A stretch of DNA of 55,489 bases from a virus (taxonomy: Duplodnaviria; Caudoviricetes): positions 1-55,489 of IMG/VR virus record IMGVR_UViG_3300030106_004677. The stretch is one strand, 5' to 3'. A program made the translations under genes and the position numbers. Shown here one piece after another: positions 1 through 9,241 of this stretch. Each line of letters starts with the position of its first letter. Position 1 is the stretch's first letter. Below the pieces are notes generated by a model. It saw only the letters and a program-made list of their open reading frames with translations, had not been told where the DNA came from and searched no databases.

Positions 1-78
1 AATTCCAGAAGTTATAGCAAACCCAGCAGCGCGACCTACAGAGGTGTTATAGTTGCCTGTTGAAGCTGCATTAGCACC
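1..78. repeat. 78-bp exact direct repeat of 54326-54403
   Basis: aattccagaag...ttagcacc is identical at both positions; the copies then diverge into homologous sequence. Confidence 0.93.
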
Positions 79-1866
79 CCCGGCCAAATAACCAATACCT
101 ACATTCCCGCTTGCTGTAGTGACTTCTTTCCCTGCCACAGTGCCAATATAAGTATTATTTTCGCCTGTAGTTAATTTAAACCCAGCTTCAGTGCCTACAG
201 ACACATTGTATTGACCTGTAGCCGCAGTATTTGCTCCTCCAGAATCAACGCCTACTGCGACATTGTAATTGGGAGTCGTAACTTTGCCCCCGGCGTTATG
301 TCCCAAAAAGACGTGACCGAGCCCTGTAGTAACGTCATGGCCAGCCTCATGGCCTACTGCGGTGTTGTCATCTCCTTCCGTCAGGTTGTATAGAGCGGCT
401 TCCCCAATAGCCACAGTATTTCCGGCAGCAGTTGCCGTATACATAGCGTGGGCACCGACAGCAGTATTACGGTCATCCGTCAAGGCTCCGCGCATACTTT
501 GGTAGCCAATCGCCACATTAAAGGATTGGTCTACATTGCCATCTAAAGAATAAGAGCCTAACGCGGTGTTGTGATTTCCTTCGGTGATCGCACCCCCAGA
601 GTTAAACCCGACAGCTACGTTTCTATTTCCCGTGGTCAAGGCATCTAAAGAGTCAGAACCTATACCAACGGTCTGATACGCCGTAGTCGCGGATAGACCA
701 GACTCATTACCTGCAAATACGTTATTATTTCCGGTGGTTAAAGCGTACCCGGCCTTATAACCTATAGAAGCATTGTAACCACCTGTAGATGCAGCACTAG
801 CTGCCCCAGACAATGCGCCTACTGCGACATTGTAAACGCCTGTGGTAACTGTTCCTCCAGCGTCTTTACCTATAAATGTGCTGGTGTGTCCTTCTGTCAG
901 GTCTCCTGCGGCCTGATACCCGACTATGGTATTAGAGCTTCCGGTAGTAACTGCAACTCCCGCCTGATACCCTACTGCGGTATTAGCGACATACGTTGTG
1001 CTAGAAGTGTAATTGGCTACTTTTAAGGCTTCATAACCAACTGCTACGCTGCCGTGGTCATCAATATTACCCAAAAGAGCATAGTGACCAACTGCTACAT
1101 TTCTTGCGCCGGTAGTATTTGCATATAAACCGCTATCGCCAACAGCAACGTTAGCTCCTCCAGAAATGTTTGCAGTTAAAGCTTCCCTCCCTACAGCTAT
1201 GTTATTGGCTGCGGTAGTATTTGCGTCCAGTGCTAAATAGCCGACTGCTACATTTGAATGGCCCGTGGTAATTGCCCCTCCAGCTTCCGCGCCAATAGCT
1301 ACGTTGTTATCGCCCGTCGTAATTGCATCAAGCGCATTAACACCTAAAGCCGTGTTGTAAGAAGCAGTGTCGGTAGTTCCAGAAGGATCAGAGCCAATAT
1401 AGATTGAGTTGTTTTCTTTAAGCGCTACGCTGATAGCAGACAAGTCAGCCACGGTCGTAACCGCAGCTCCAGAACCCGCGCCATCCATATACAAAATCGC
1501 CACCTGAGCATTGGGCACATCAACCGTCGCACCGCTGCCCTGCTTGATGGTGACCGTCCTGCCGCCGGTAGTGGCGTTCTCAATGATCATTACGCGGTTC
1601 AACGTATTCGGCGCAATTGTCAGCTCGCGCGTTGCACTCAGCGTCGCTGAGGAAGTCACCTTGAAGTACATGGCGCGTGCCGGGTCGGTAGCACCATCCG
1701 CTACCGTCGTGGTCGCGTTCGCGTCACTGCTGAAACAGTCCTGAGTGCCGTAGCCCAGCGCCTCACCAATCAGCTCAAGGTTGGTGTTGGTCGTTGTGCC
1801 CCATGTGCCCGAACCTTCGCCGGTGGCGAGTTCAGACAAGCGAAGATCATTAACATAAGTGACCAT
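1..1866 (-). CDS. Tail fibre, N-terminal part, allele A (runs off the left edge; continues through the 78-bp overlap at 54326-54403)
   Basis: Missing from the ORF track because it has no stop in the window. ATG at 1866 reads MVTYVNDLRLSELATGEGSGTWG..., open to base 1 (622 codons), with repeated N-(V/T)-A-(V/I)-G-x-x-A motifs like the 52571-55489 ORF. Confidence 0.88.
   Translation of the reverse strand, partial: MVTYVNDLRLSELATGEGSGTWGTTTNTNLELIGEALGYGTQDCFSSDANATTTVADGATDPARAMYFKVTSSATLSATRELTIAPNTLNRVMIIENATTGGRTVTIKQGSGATVDVPNAQVAILYMDGAGSGAAVTTVADLSAISVALKENNSIYIGSDPSGTTDTASYNTALGVNALDAITTGDNNVAIGAEAGGAITTGHSNVAVGYLALDANTTAANNIAVGREALTANISGGANVAVGDSGLYANTTGARNVAVGHYALLGNIDDHGSVAVGYEALKVANYTSSTTYVANTAVGYQAGVAVTTGSSNTIVGYQAAGDLTEGHTSTFIGKDAGGTVTTGVYNVAVGALSGAASAASTGGYNASIGYKAGYALTTGNNNVFAGNESGLSATTAYQTVGIGSDSLDALTTGNRNVAVGFNSGGAITEGNHNTALGSYSLDGNVDQSFNVAIGYQSMRGALTDDRNTAVGAHAMYTATAAGNTVAIGEAALYNLTEGDDNTAVGHEAGHDVTTGLGHVFLGHNAGGKVTTPNYNVAVGVDSGGANTAATGQYNVSVGTEAGFKLTTGENNTYIGTVAGKEVTTASGNVGIGYLAGGANAASTGNYNTSVGRAAGFAITSGI
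1401..1455. repeat. 55-bp exact direct repeat of the contig end 55435-55489
   Basis: agattgagttg...cagccacggt is identical at both positions; 55 is a common assembler k-mer size. Confidence 0.93.
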
Positions 1867-1878
1867 TTTTATATTCCT

Positions 1879-2649
1879 TTAGGCTGCATCTACGTCCTCA
1901 TAGGACGGAGTCTGAGACGTGCTTATGGTTGAAAAACTCGGAGTCTGCGACGTACTGACCGCAGCAAAACTTGGGGTCTGAGACGTGCTGACGGCCGAAT
2001 AACCCGGAGTTTGGCTGTCGTCAACGACACTATAATCAGGCGTCATGTCTGGATCAACGATCCCCCAGACCAAAACGGTGCCGACTCCAGACGTGATGGA
2101 TTGGCCGGTCAGGTTAACAATCGAAGGACCAATCGTGGTGACTGCACCAATTGCGGACGTGACGGCCTGACCCGTGACCGTGACGTTGTTTTCGCATGAC
2201 AGCGTGGGTGTGCCCACCGCGCTGGTGATCGCTTGTCCGGCCGGCGTGACGTTGGCTTCTGCATCAGTGGTAACTGAGCCGAGCGCTGACGTTGCGCCCA
2301 CACCCGTAATCTGAGTGATCGCGCGCGCAACAATCTGAATCGAGCCGACCCCAGACGTGATCGATTGGCCGGTCGGAGCGACGTTCGCTTCAGCGTCAAT
2401 GCTGAGCGAGCCTACGGCGCTAGTTGCGCCTACGCCGGTAACAGAGACATTGGCTTCGGCGTCAACGCTGAGCGCGCCAAGTCCGGCAGTTGCCGCCACG
2501 CCCGTAGGCGAGACATTGGCTTCGGCATCAGTAGTAACCGATCCAAGGGCGCTGGTAATTGCAAGACCGGTAACCGAGACAGAGGTGCTGAGCGGGGTTC
2601 CCCACGCCCCCAACCCCCATGTGCCTCGACCCCAGCCTTCTTGAGCCAT
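1879..2649 (-). CDS. Virion structural (tail-associated) protein with internal repeats
   Basis: N-terminal GWGRGTWGLGAWG; repeats of about 26 aa (DAEANVxPTG...TSAxG); C-terminal STSQTP repeats; directly upstream of the tail fibre. Confidence 0.7.
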   Translation of the reverse strand: MAQEGWGRGTWGLGAWGTPLSTSVSVTGLAITSALGSVTTDAEANVSPTGVAATAGLGALSVDAEANVSVTGVGATSAVGSLSIDAEANVAPTGQSITSGVGSIQIVARAITQITGVGATSALGSVTTDAEANVTPAGQAITSAVGTPTLSCENNVTVTGQAVTSAIGAVTTIGPSIVNLTGQSITSGVGTVLVWGIVDPDMTPDYSVVDDSQTPGYSAVSTSQTPSFAAVSTSQTPSFSTISTSQTPSYEDVDAA

Positions 2650-2652
2650 TTT

Positions 2653-2808
2653 CTAGGCTCCGAGCTGCTTTTCGGCTTCTTTTAGGTCGGCGACAGACCG
2701 GGTCATGATGTCCCTGACAGAATCAGTTAAAAAGTCTGTCGCCAAACTGGCTTCCAGCAGCGCTATGGCGTTTTTAACGTATTGAATTGGCGTCATAACG
2801 CCAATCAT
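2653..2808 (-). CDS. Small hypothetical protein (51 aa)
   Basis: Hand-translated MIGVMTPIQYVKNAIALLEASL...KQLGA; fills the gap between the neighbouring genes in the same orientation. Confidence 0.55.
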   Translation of the reverse strand: MIGVMTPIQYVKNAIALLEASLATDFLTDSVRDIMTRSVADLKEAEKQLGA

Positions 2809-2811
2809 AGC

Positions 2812-3600
2812 CTATGACGCCTCTGAAAGACCTTGAAATTTACGCCGGAGAATCTTGTCAACTTTTTGGTAACTAAACGGGACCGAAAACAAGCTCTGGA
2901 CCTCCATAGAAATTTTTCTCGACCCTAATCCGCGATCGCGCAGCGCGTAGATCGTCTTCAAAATCTCCATCTCTTCTGGAATTGGCTCCAATCGCGTGCG
3001 CTGCTTGTTGCCAATCTTGACCGGCACCAACTTGTAGCCGTAAGGCGGCGAGCCACCAATAAAGTAGCCGCGAGACGCCCAGTCGATTTTGCCCTCGCCA
3101 AACCGGTCGATCACCGTCGCGTGCTCAATCTCAGACACCGCGCTCAAGACCATCAGCATGATCTTGTTGGCCATTTCGTTCATGTCAAAGCGGCTCTTCA
3201 AGCCTTTGCCGTCGATCGGCTTGGGGTACACAACCGGCACATCGCCAAACTGCTCACAAAAATAGAGCGTAATCCCGGTCGCCTCCAAATCCGGTATCAA
3301 GTTCAGCAGGTCGCCAGCATTCCGCGACAGGCGATCAAGGCGCGTGCAGATAATGACATCGTGTTCCTCGATGCAGTCCGTCATCTCTCTGGACCCGGGA
3401 CGATCCAAAATCGGCATCGTGCCGCTAACCCCGTCATCAATAAAAAACTCATCAACCGGGCGGTTGTACTTCTCTTTCACAAACTCAGTAATCGCCTGCT
3501 GTTGCGTCTCCAAGGAGATGCCGGAGCGCACCTGCTCGCGCGTCGAGACACGGACATAGCCGAATACGCGGTTAATCTGCTTGATGGCCTTGACGCTCAT
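2812..3600 (-). CDS. Serine recombinase (resolvase/invertase catalytic domain with C-terminal extension)
   Basis: GYVRVSTREQ (catalytic Ser), DDGVSG, RLDRLSRN, then GGSPPYGY. Start moved to MSVKAIK (ATGA overlap at 3597-3600). Confidence 0.92.
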   Translation of the reverse strand: MSVKAIKQINRVFGYVRVSTREQVRSGISLETQQQAITEFVKEKYNRPVDEFFIDDGVSGTMPILDRPGSREMTDCIEEHDVIICTRLDRLSRNAGDLLNLIPDLEATGITLYFCEQFGDVPVVYPKPIDGKGLKSRFDMNEMANKIMLMVLSAVSEIEHATVIDRFGEGKIDWASRGYFIGGSPPYGYKLVPVKIGNKQRTRLEPIPEEMEILKTIYALRDRGLGSRKISMEVQSLFSVPFSYQKVDKILRRKFQGLSEAS

Positions 3601-3773
3601 TCCGGTCTCCCCACAACACAATGGCCGTTGGCCGGCCGGGAAATGCTCAGGCTGTTGCGACGATCCTTCGATCCCAGCAACTTGCGCTGCTCGTAAAAAA
3701 AATCCAAAGCATCCTCAATGCAAGAAAACTTCACCGACTCGCCGACCTTTAACGGCTCCACCGGCGCAGTCAC
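3597..3773 (-). CDS. Small hypothetical protein
   Basis: GTGA and ATGA 4-nt overlaps with both neighbours suggest translational coupling. Confidence 0.5.
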   Translation of the reverse strand: MTAPVEPLKVGESVKFSCIEDALDFFYEQRKLLGSKDRRNSLSISRPANGHCVVGRPE

Positions 3774-4003
3774 TTGACGCCACCCTTGTAGCCGTAGTCC
3801 GCAAGCTGCTCGTGCAGCTTTTCCCAATTGATGTCCAGCGGCTTTCTCTCCAAGGCCCGATCGGCAAACATGACCTGACCGTCCTTGAGCAGCTCTACCC
3901 CGCGGTACATCTTAGGGGAGCCGTCATACCGGATTTCGATGTCGTGCAGCTTACAAGTCCGCCGCACGCGGTTGTAGAACCGCTTTTTCCTGCTGACCGC
4001 CAT
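3770..4003 (-). CDS. Hypothetical protein (77 aa)
   Basis: ORF with RBS-like GAGGGA, just downstream of promoter copy 1. Confidence 0.7.
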   Translation of the reverse strand: MAVSRKKRFYNRVRRTCKLHDIEIRYDGSPKMYRGVELLKDGQVMFADRALERKPLDINWEKLHEQLADYGYKGGVK

Positions 4004-4033
4004 AACCCTAATCCCTCAATAAGTAGGGGCCGG

Positions 4034-4072
4034 ATTATGATTCATGCCGTGTCTATCTGCAACTCTTTGCAG
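4034..4072 (-). promoter_or_regulatory. Shared promoter/operator, copy 1
   Basis: Minus strand TTGCAG-17 nt (contains GACACGG)-CATAAT; the -35 is half of the palindrome CTGCAA-N4-TTGCAG. Confidence 0.75.
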
Positions 4073-6871
4073 TTAAGGGCCTACCGTTTCAAAAATCTTT
4101 TCGGTTTGCGGTTCTTTTTGTTTGCGCCAAGCTGCTTTTGTTTCGGCGGGTCGCGTCGCCGCGTCAAGGTCAAGCGCCCCCTCAACAAGCCATTCGGACA
4201 CCGGTTCAAGGGCCTCCAAGGCAGGAAGCACAACTCTTTGAGCCCCAAACTGGAGCGGGTCAAGGCTGTCTTCTTCTTCTGACGCCAAGAGATAATCAAA
4301 AAGCGACTCTACACCCGTCGTCACCGCTTCGCGGTATCTCTTGCCGGTAGGCGTTTTGATCTCATAGTCAAAACGGTCGGCGCCCATATCGCCTAGCCGA
4401 TTGATTTGTTCTGCCGTCAGCGGAACTGGCGACAAACTTTGCATAATCTCAGGGGCAGATGCCCGGAAAAACGGGGAAACAAAATCACCCAAGAAATCCA
4501 AGGCCACTTCTCCGGCACCGGTCAGGCTGTCTCCCGCACCGGTCAAGCTGTCTGCCAAAAGACCCGGAAAATCTCGCTCGACCCTTTCAATAGTTTTTTG
4601 CATGGCCTCAGCTTCGCCCGGGGAGGCCAAAGCTGCAACGCCACCGGCTAATACTACTGGGGGCACCGCAAACATAGTGTTTGGGCTCTTCATTTCGTCG
4701 CGGACTGTGTTGCCGCGTTTGTTAACGTCGTCTAGCGAGTACAGGACGCTGGTGTGCCCATCAACCGTAATAGTTTCAGGGGGAGGACGATTGCTTCCTT
4801 TCGGGGCAGGGGCCGGAGCTGCGCCAACATTTCTGATCGAGGCCGGGATCATCTCGTCGTAAAACAACTGCATCTTAGCCGGGTCTTTATTCCACCGCCG
4901 GGCATGCACAATGCCGGGCGCAAAAGACACCGCGTCATATCCCTCTCGCGCCGCTTTATTAAACACGTACTTCATGGCGAGGTCGGTGTACGCCTGAGTG
5001 TCTCGGATTAATTGATGTGGCGGAACACGTTCTGCTTCCTGTCTCAAATTTTCTTTTGCGTCGCCATACTTTTTCGTAAAGCTTTCCAGAAGATCAAAAG
5101 CTTTGGGGTCGATGCCCCTATCAAGAAAAGCCTCATCTAAATCTGATCGCGACCCCGGCCATGTATCTCGTAAGACTTCGACACTTTCAACAAGGCCAGC
5201 GGCCTGAGCCGTAAATGTGTCGAAAGGAGTAAACGCCAACTCTCCGCCAAAACCCTGCCGAAACCCCGCACTAATATCTGTAACGCCTAAATCTCTAACT
5301 AAATTAGTTAGCCTGCGACTAATTTGGTCAGCGGGGTCATCACTGCGGATCAAGTTATCAGCGGGGTCCGCATACCGTTCAGACTTATCTAGATCAATCA
5401 GGTCAGACAGACCACGATCGCCCGGCTCGTTAACAAGATTCAATAACGCTTGGTCGCGCTCGTAAATTTTTTCTGCGGCAGCTTCCAGTTTTTTTTCGTC
5501 CTTGAAACCAGATTTCCGCCCCTTCTGACCCCAATCACTTTGAAGTTCTTCGACATACAAAACTTTTTTGTCATCGGCTTCAGTTATGCCGCCTACAATC
5601 CTGTCCTTTGTCCTGACGTGAAACAGTCGATTCCAATCCTCACCGAAATGTATACCTTCGTGAAAAAGCTTTTCGTCGCCTCGGCGCCCCGTGTTTTCGG
5701 CTAAAACTCTAAACTCCTGATAATTTGTTCCGCCATCCAGCGTGTACTCCGGCCAATTGATGGTGCCTTCTCTAGCGCCATATTCATCATCAAAATAGTC
5801 AATATCACCCTGTCCCCGTGCGGCGCCAATAGCTTGAACGCGAAGTTCTTCCAAATCCTCCGGCACCGCAGTTAAGTACGGGTCAGGAGAGACGGCTTCT
5901 TGAGCATATTCCCAACTGCGGGTTCTTCTTATCGGATCGTTGTAAGGAACAGTTGCGCCAGTTTCGTTGTTTGTGACGCTGCCATGATTAAAGCCGCTAA
6001 AACTTATTGTGCCCTCGCCTTCTATCCCCGGCGCCCTTATATATTCGTAAGGAAAAGAAAATCTTTTTCCGTCAGCAGAGAAAGACCCGAAGACAACCTC
6101 GCCTTCCTCGTCCATTAAAGCCAGTCTTTCTGCCGGATCATTGTCATATCGATTGCGAATGTCTTCTTCGATGAGGTCTCGGCCTTCATCACTTTCTTTG
6201 AAGCGCCGGACTATTATCTCCTGCACATATTCATCATCAAAATCGACTCTTAAATCGTCGGCTATTTCTTCCAGAAGATTTTTGGCGTCAGTCTTTCTAG
6301 TCTCGGAAAGGAGTAATCCTTGTAAGTCGCCTACAGAGTCATACCAATCCCACAGGTAATGATCTGAGATGTCTGCGCCGCCGTAATATTCATCAAAAGA
6401 AAAATTTTCCTGCCTAGTAACATCATACTCAGGCTCACGAACGCGCCCATCAGCATCATCAAGCAAGCGGCCCTTTTCTTCCTTGAGGGTAATGACGTTG
6501 CTATCAAGCACCCTGATCACTTCTTCTTTTGTAACGCGATCGCCTTTTTTAGATTTTAAAAAATCCAAAAGCCCCATTTCTTCCAGCTCGGCGGCTTTGA
6601 CGTTCTGGTTGCGGAAGTAACTGAGCAAGTTATCTGCTCTTTGCGTTTCTTGTGGGATGTTAAGCGCGACTTCTTCAAGCTTGTTGTACAAGCCCAAATC
6701 GTCAGTTAACTGAAATATGACTCCTTTTCGCTCTGATGGCGTCAGGCGTTTCTTTTTGCCCCTTTTCGCATATGGATTTTTTAAGTCTTCTAGCCTACTT
6801 GGAACGTTGGAGGCACTATCTTTCTGTTTGAGCGCCTTATAAATCTCTAGGATTCCACCTTTCTTCGCCAT
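4073..6871 (-). CDS. Large acidic protein (932 aa), possibly internal virion/ejected protein
   Basis: Long ORF with a LYVEELQSDW motif of the kind I recall from large phage virion-associated proteins; function is inference. Confidence 0.55.
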   Translation of the reverse strand: MAKKGGILEIYKALKQKDSASNVPSRLEDLKNPYAKRGKKKRLTPSERKGVIFQLTDDLGLYNKLEEVALNIPQETQRADNLLSYFRNQNVKAAELEEMGLLDFLKSKKGDRVTKEEVIRVLDSNVITLKEEKGRLLDDADGRVREPEYDVTRQENFSFDEYYGGADISDHYLWDWYDSVGDLQGLLLSETRKTDAKNLLEEIADDLRVDFDDEYVQEIIVRRFKESDEGRDLIEEDIRNRYDNDPAERLALMDEEGEVVFGSFSADGKRFSFPYEYIRAPGIEGEGTISFSGFNHGSVTNNETGATVPYNDPIRRTRSWEYAQEAVSPDPYLTAVPEDLEELRVQAIGAARGQGDIDYFDDEYGAREGTINWPEYTLDGGTNYQEFRVLAENTGRRGDEKLFHEGIHFGEDWNRLFHVRTKDRIVGGITEADDKKVLYVEELQSDWGQKGRKSGFKDEKKLEAAAEKIYERDQALLNLVNEPGDRGLSDLIDLDKSERYADPADNLIRSDDPADQISRRLTNLVRDLGVTDISAGFRQGFGGELAFTPFDTFTAQAAGLVESVEVLRDTWPGSRSDLDEAFLDRGIDPKAFDLLESFTKKYGDAKENLRQEAERVPPHQLIRDTQAYTDLAMKYVFNKAAREGYDAVSFAPGIVHARRWNKDPAKMQLFYDEMIPASIRNVGAAPAPAPKGSNRPPPETITVDGHTSVLYSLDDVNKRGNTVRDEMKSPNTMFAVPPVVLAGGVAALASPGEAEAMQKTIERVERDFPGLLADSLTGAGDSLTGAGEVALDFLGDFVSPFFRASAPEIMQSLSPVPLTAEQINRLGDMGADRFDYEIKTPTGKRYREAVTTGVESLFDYLLASEEEDSLDPLQFGAQRVVLPALEALEPVSEWLVEGALDLDAATRPAETKAAWRKQKEPQTEKIFETVGP

Positions 6872-6888
6872 CGTTTCAAATCCTCAAG

Positions 6889-8463
6889 TTAGGTTTCAAC
6901 GCCGGAATAAGGCATCTCTGAAATGTCTTGAGCAACTTCCATAAGCGCTCCTTCGCTTGCTTCTTTTGGCGTAACAACTCCGCTAGATGTCAGCGTAAAC
7001 ATCAGCGCGCCAAGCCCCAATCCCGCGACAGAACTAATTGCTACTCCTCGGTCCTCTAACCGACGAAGCACTTTTTCCGTAATCGTTCCCGAATAAGGTT
7101 TCATTTGCAGAGATCGCATCAGACGCCTTTTTTCTGTGTCGGTCGCAGTTTTAAGCGAGGGGTCTGAAAGGACTTTTTTAGCACTGCCAATTTCCGCGTC
7201 CGGCATCAGCTCAAAGACGGTCACGTCATCTACGCCCTCTAAAACTCCGACACCGCCTCCGCGAATTGCATAGGGGTACGAAGGATGGGTAGACGAAACC
7301 AAATCCTCATCCGCAAAAATACGGCCAACATTCTTAATGCCCAGATCTATTCCAGCTCGTTGACTTTCGTCCGACATAACTAAACGAGCGGCGCCTATAG
7401 ACAATCCTTTCTTGTCGCGAAAACGAACGTCCATCATGTTCGCCAGCTCTTTCCTTTGGGCGTCAGGCAAACTTCTCCAAACGTCAACGCTTCTAGGGTC
7501 ATCTACTCCGGGCCATTCTGGAACCTTAAGGCCGGCGTTAACTCGCTTGCCTTTTCGCATTTCGCCCACAGTCTTAAAGTTGCGAATAGCCGAGTCGAGA
7601 CGTTTCTTTGTCGTCTTGCTCATGTTGGCTGATGCGTAACCAAGCATTAGCTCGCCGACAGTTGTCGAAAAATCACCGCCTGTCGGAGCCATTCTCCAAG
7701 GAATAAATAATGGGTCTCGGCCAGATTTGTCTTTCAAGCTTCTAGCTAAATCAAGAATCTGCTGAGAAGGCACTTTTGCAGAGGCCCAGACATGGTCTGG
7801 GTTTTCAAACATATAGTCTTGCCCGCCCCGCAAGTCCACCGGGCGGTACAGATTCACTTCGTTTATCGACAAAACTGAAGAGCCTGCGGCCGCCCTGTCA
7901 GACATAGAGAAGACCGCTTCTTCGCCCTCCAAATCAGAAAGCCTAAGCTCCGGCCTTGGCTGATTTGCGCCATCAAAAAGCACGGGGTCATGAGTTGTTA
8001 TTTCAGCAGTCGTTCCCCTGAGGACATCTTGTTCTTTTACTCGTGTGTCAAAGCGGGGATCAAAATCATCCACCGGATCAAGAGACCTGATCCCTTTAAC
8101 GGGGCCGCGCGCCGCCCTAACCACCCCACCTAACAAGGGAATTACGCCGGCAGCTTGCAAGGCTGTGGAAAGCTTTTCGCCTTGCTCGATGTTCTCTAGC
8201 AGGCTGGGGTTCCGCTTTGCGCTTAAAATATTTTCCAACACAGACTCTTCTGCATCGGGCGGGGCCGGGTAAAGGCCTAATGCGTCGAAGGCTCCTAACG
8301 GGTCCACAAAGGCGCCGAGAAAGTTTACAAGTTGTGCAGGAGTTGTGCTGCCGGAGGGGGGAGGAGCATACGCATCCATCCCTATCTCCATAAGCTCTTT
8401 CTTTAGCACGTCGCTCTCGACAGGACCGCCGGTGTTAAAAATATCAATTTCGTCTAGGTTCAT
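6889..8463 (-). CDS. Hypothetical protein, possibly internal virion protein
   Basis: Start MNLDEIDIFNTGGPV via ATGA overlap with the upstream stop; carries the x-x-GG-x-V motif shared with the internal proteins. Confidence 0.6.
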   Translation of the reverse strand: MNLDEIDIFNTGGPVESDVLKKELMEIGMDAYAPPPSGSTTPAQLVNFLGAFVDPLGAFDALGLYPAPPDAEESVLENILSAKRNPSLLENIEQGEKLSTALQAAGVIPLLGGVVRAARGPVKGIRSLDPVDDFDPRFDTRVKEQDVLRGTTAEITTHDPVLFDGANQPRPELRLSDLEGEEAVFSMSDRAAAGSSVLSINEVNLYRPVDLRGGQDYMFENPDHVWASAKVPSQQILDLARSLKDKSGRDPLFIPWRMAPTGGDFSTTVGELMLGYASANMSKTTKKRLDSAIRNFKTVGEMRKGKRVNAGLKVPEWPGVDDPRSVDVWRSLPDAQRKELANMMDVRFRDKKGLSIGAARLVMSDESQRAGIDLGIKNVGRIFADEDLVSSTHPSYPYAIRGGGVGVLEGVDDVTVFELMPDAEIGSAKKVLSDPSLKTATDTEKRRLMRSLQMKPYSGTITEKVLRRLEDRGVAISSVAGLGLGALMFTLTSSGVVTPKEASEGALMEVAQDISEMPYSGVET

Positions 8464-8864
8464 GCGGCCACCGAAAAGTCGTGGCAGGCAAGAAGCTCCA
8501 GCCACTGATCAAGGTCCAACACCGCCGTCTTTGTAACGTCTCTTGGCAGCGCCGGGTTTAGGGCATGCAACGGAAGCGTGACCCGGATGCCCTTGTTGTT
8601 AAATTTCCAGATCAGGATGGGGGTGCGGCCGTTAGCTGACTGGCAGACCTGATCCCACCACGCGGGGGCAAACCACCAGCCTGATTTATAGGCCTTGCAC
8701 TCGATTGCAAACCCCGGAATCTCAATGTCGCACAGGTTGTTCGACTGGTATTGATCAAGGTTGCGCTTACACTCGATCGCAAGGTTCCGTGCTTCAAAAG
8801 AAGCATTCAGACGCTTTACAATGGCGCGTTCAAACGCCGCGCCTTTGTTTCTGGAATCAGCCAT
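8460..8864 (-). CDS. PD-(D/E)XK nuclease, Holliday-junction-resolvase-like
   Basis: SRNKGAAFER...CDIEIPGFAIECK pattern typical of small phage Hjc-like nucleases. Confidence 0.8.
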   Translation of the reverse strand: MADSRNKGAAFERAIVKRLNASFEARNLAIECKRNLDQYQSNNLCDIEIPGFAIECKAYKSGWWFAPAWWDQVCQSANGRTPILIWKFNNKGIRVTLPLHALNPALPRDVTKTAVLDLDQWLELLACHDFSVAA

Positions 8865-8885
8865 AGGCTGATTCTACGAATCAAT

Positions 8886-8967
8886 GCCGCAGTCCTGCAA
8901 TGGGCAGGGGGCGCCGGTTCTGCCTGATCGGCGGCGAGCGGGGTTCAAATCCCCGCCTGCGGCACCA
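8886..8967 (+). tRNA. Non-canonical tRNA-like element with encoded CCA
   Basis: Acceptor GCCGCAG/CTGCGGC plus ACCA; T-arm GCGGGG-TTCAAAT-CCCCGC; short D-arm CTGC-AATGG-GCAG; anticodon-like arm CGCCGGT-TCTGCCTG-ATCGGCG with an 8-nt loop. Confidence 0.65.
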
Positions 8968-8972
8968 ATAAA

Positions 8973-9090
8973 TGGCTCGATTTCCTATTATGGGTGGCTA
9001 AATATTCTCTGGCGCGCTCGATACTTCTGGGTGGCTTGCAACTTATGACGCGCTACATCTTAGCGGGTTTCTTTTGCATCTTGGCGGGCT
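8973..9090 (-). ncRNA. TIGR-like array, distal segment (about 3 units)
   Basis: Edge-type repeats at 8973, 9010, 9046 and 9082; loop-type repeats TGGGTGGCT at 8991 and 9028, degenerate at 9064; 9-10-nt spacers. Confidence 0.75.
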
Positions 9091-9241
9091 TCAGCCACGG
9101 CCGCGAAAGCCACGGCTGAACCATAGACGCACGGTACATCTCCACGTCGCCTGAACGCGACTTCAGTTTCGTGTGACAAGCGCGGCAAGCTTTGTTTTGT
9201 GGCTTGATCAACTTGCCGCACGCGCACTCTTTCATCCTCAT
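9053..9241 (-). CDS. Small basic Zn-finger-like protein located inside the array
   Basis: CACG...CRACH; RBS-like AAAGGA upstream; lies between the two array segments. Confidence 0.6.
   Translation of the reverse strand: MRMKECACGKLIKPQNKACRACHTKLKSRSGDVEMYRASMVQPWLSRPWLKPAKMQKKPAKM

Noticed and set aside
1-78. Physical direct terminal repeats of the virion DNA
   Set aside because: Each contig end matches an internal site inside the fibre gene rather than the other end, and the 55-bp match equals a common k-mer; an assembly bubble fits better.
79-350. Diversity-generating retroelement TR/VR pair with 54404-54680
   Set aside because: Mismatches involve all four bases rather than only adenines, and no reverse transcriptase is present.
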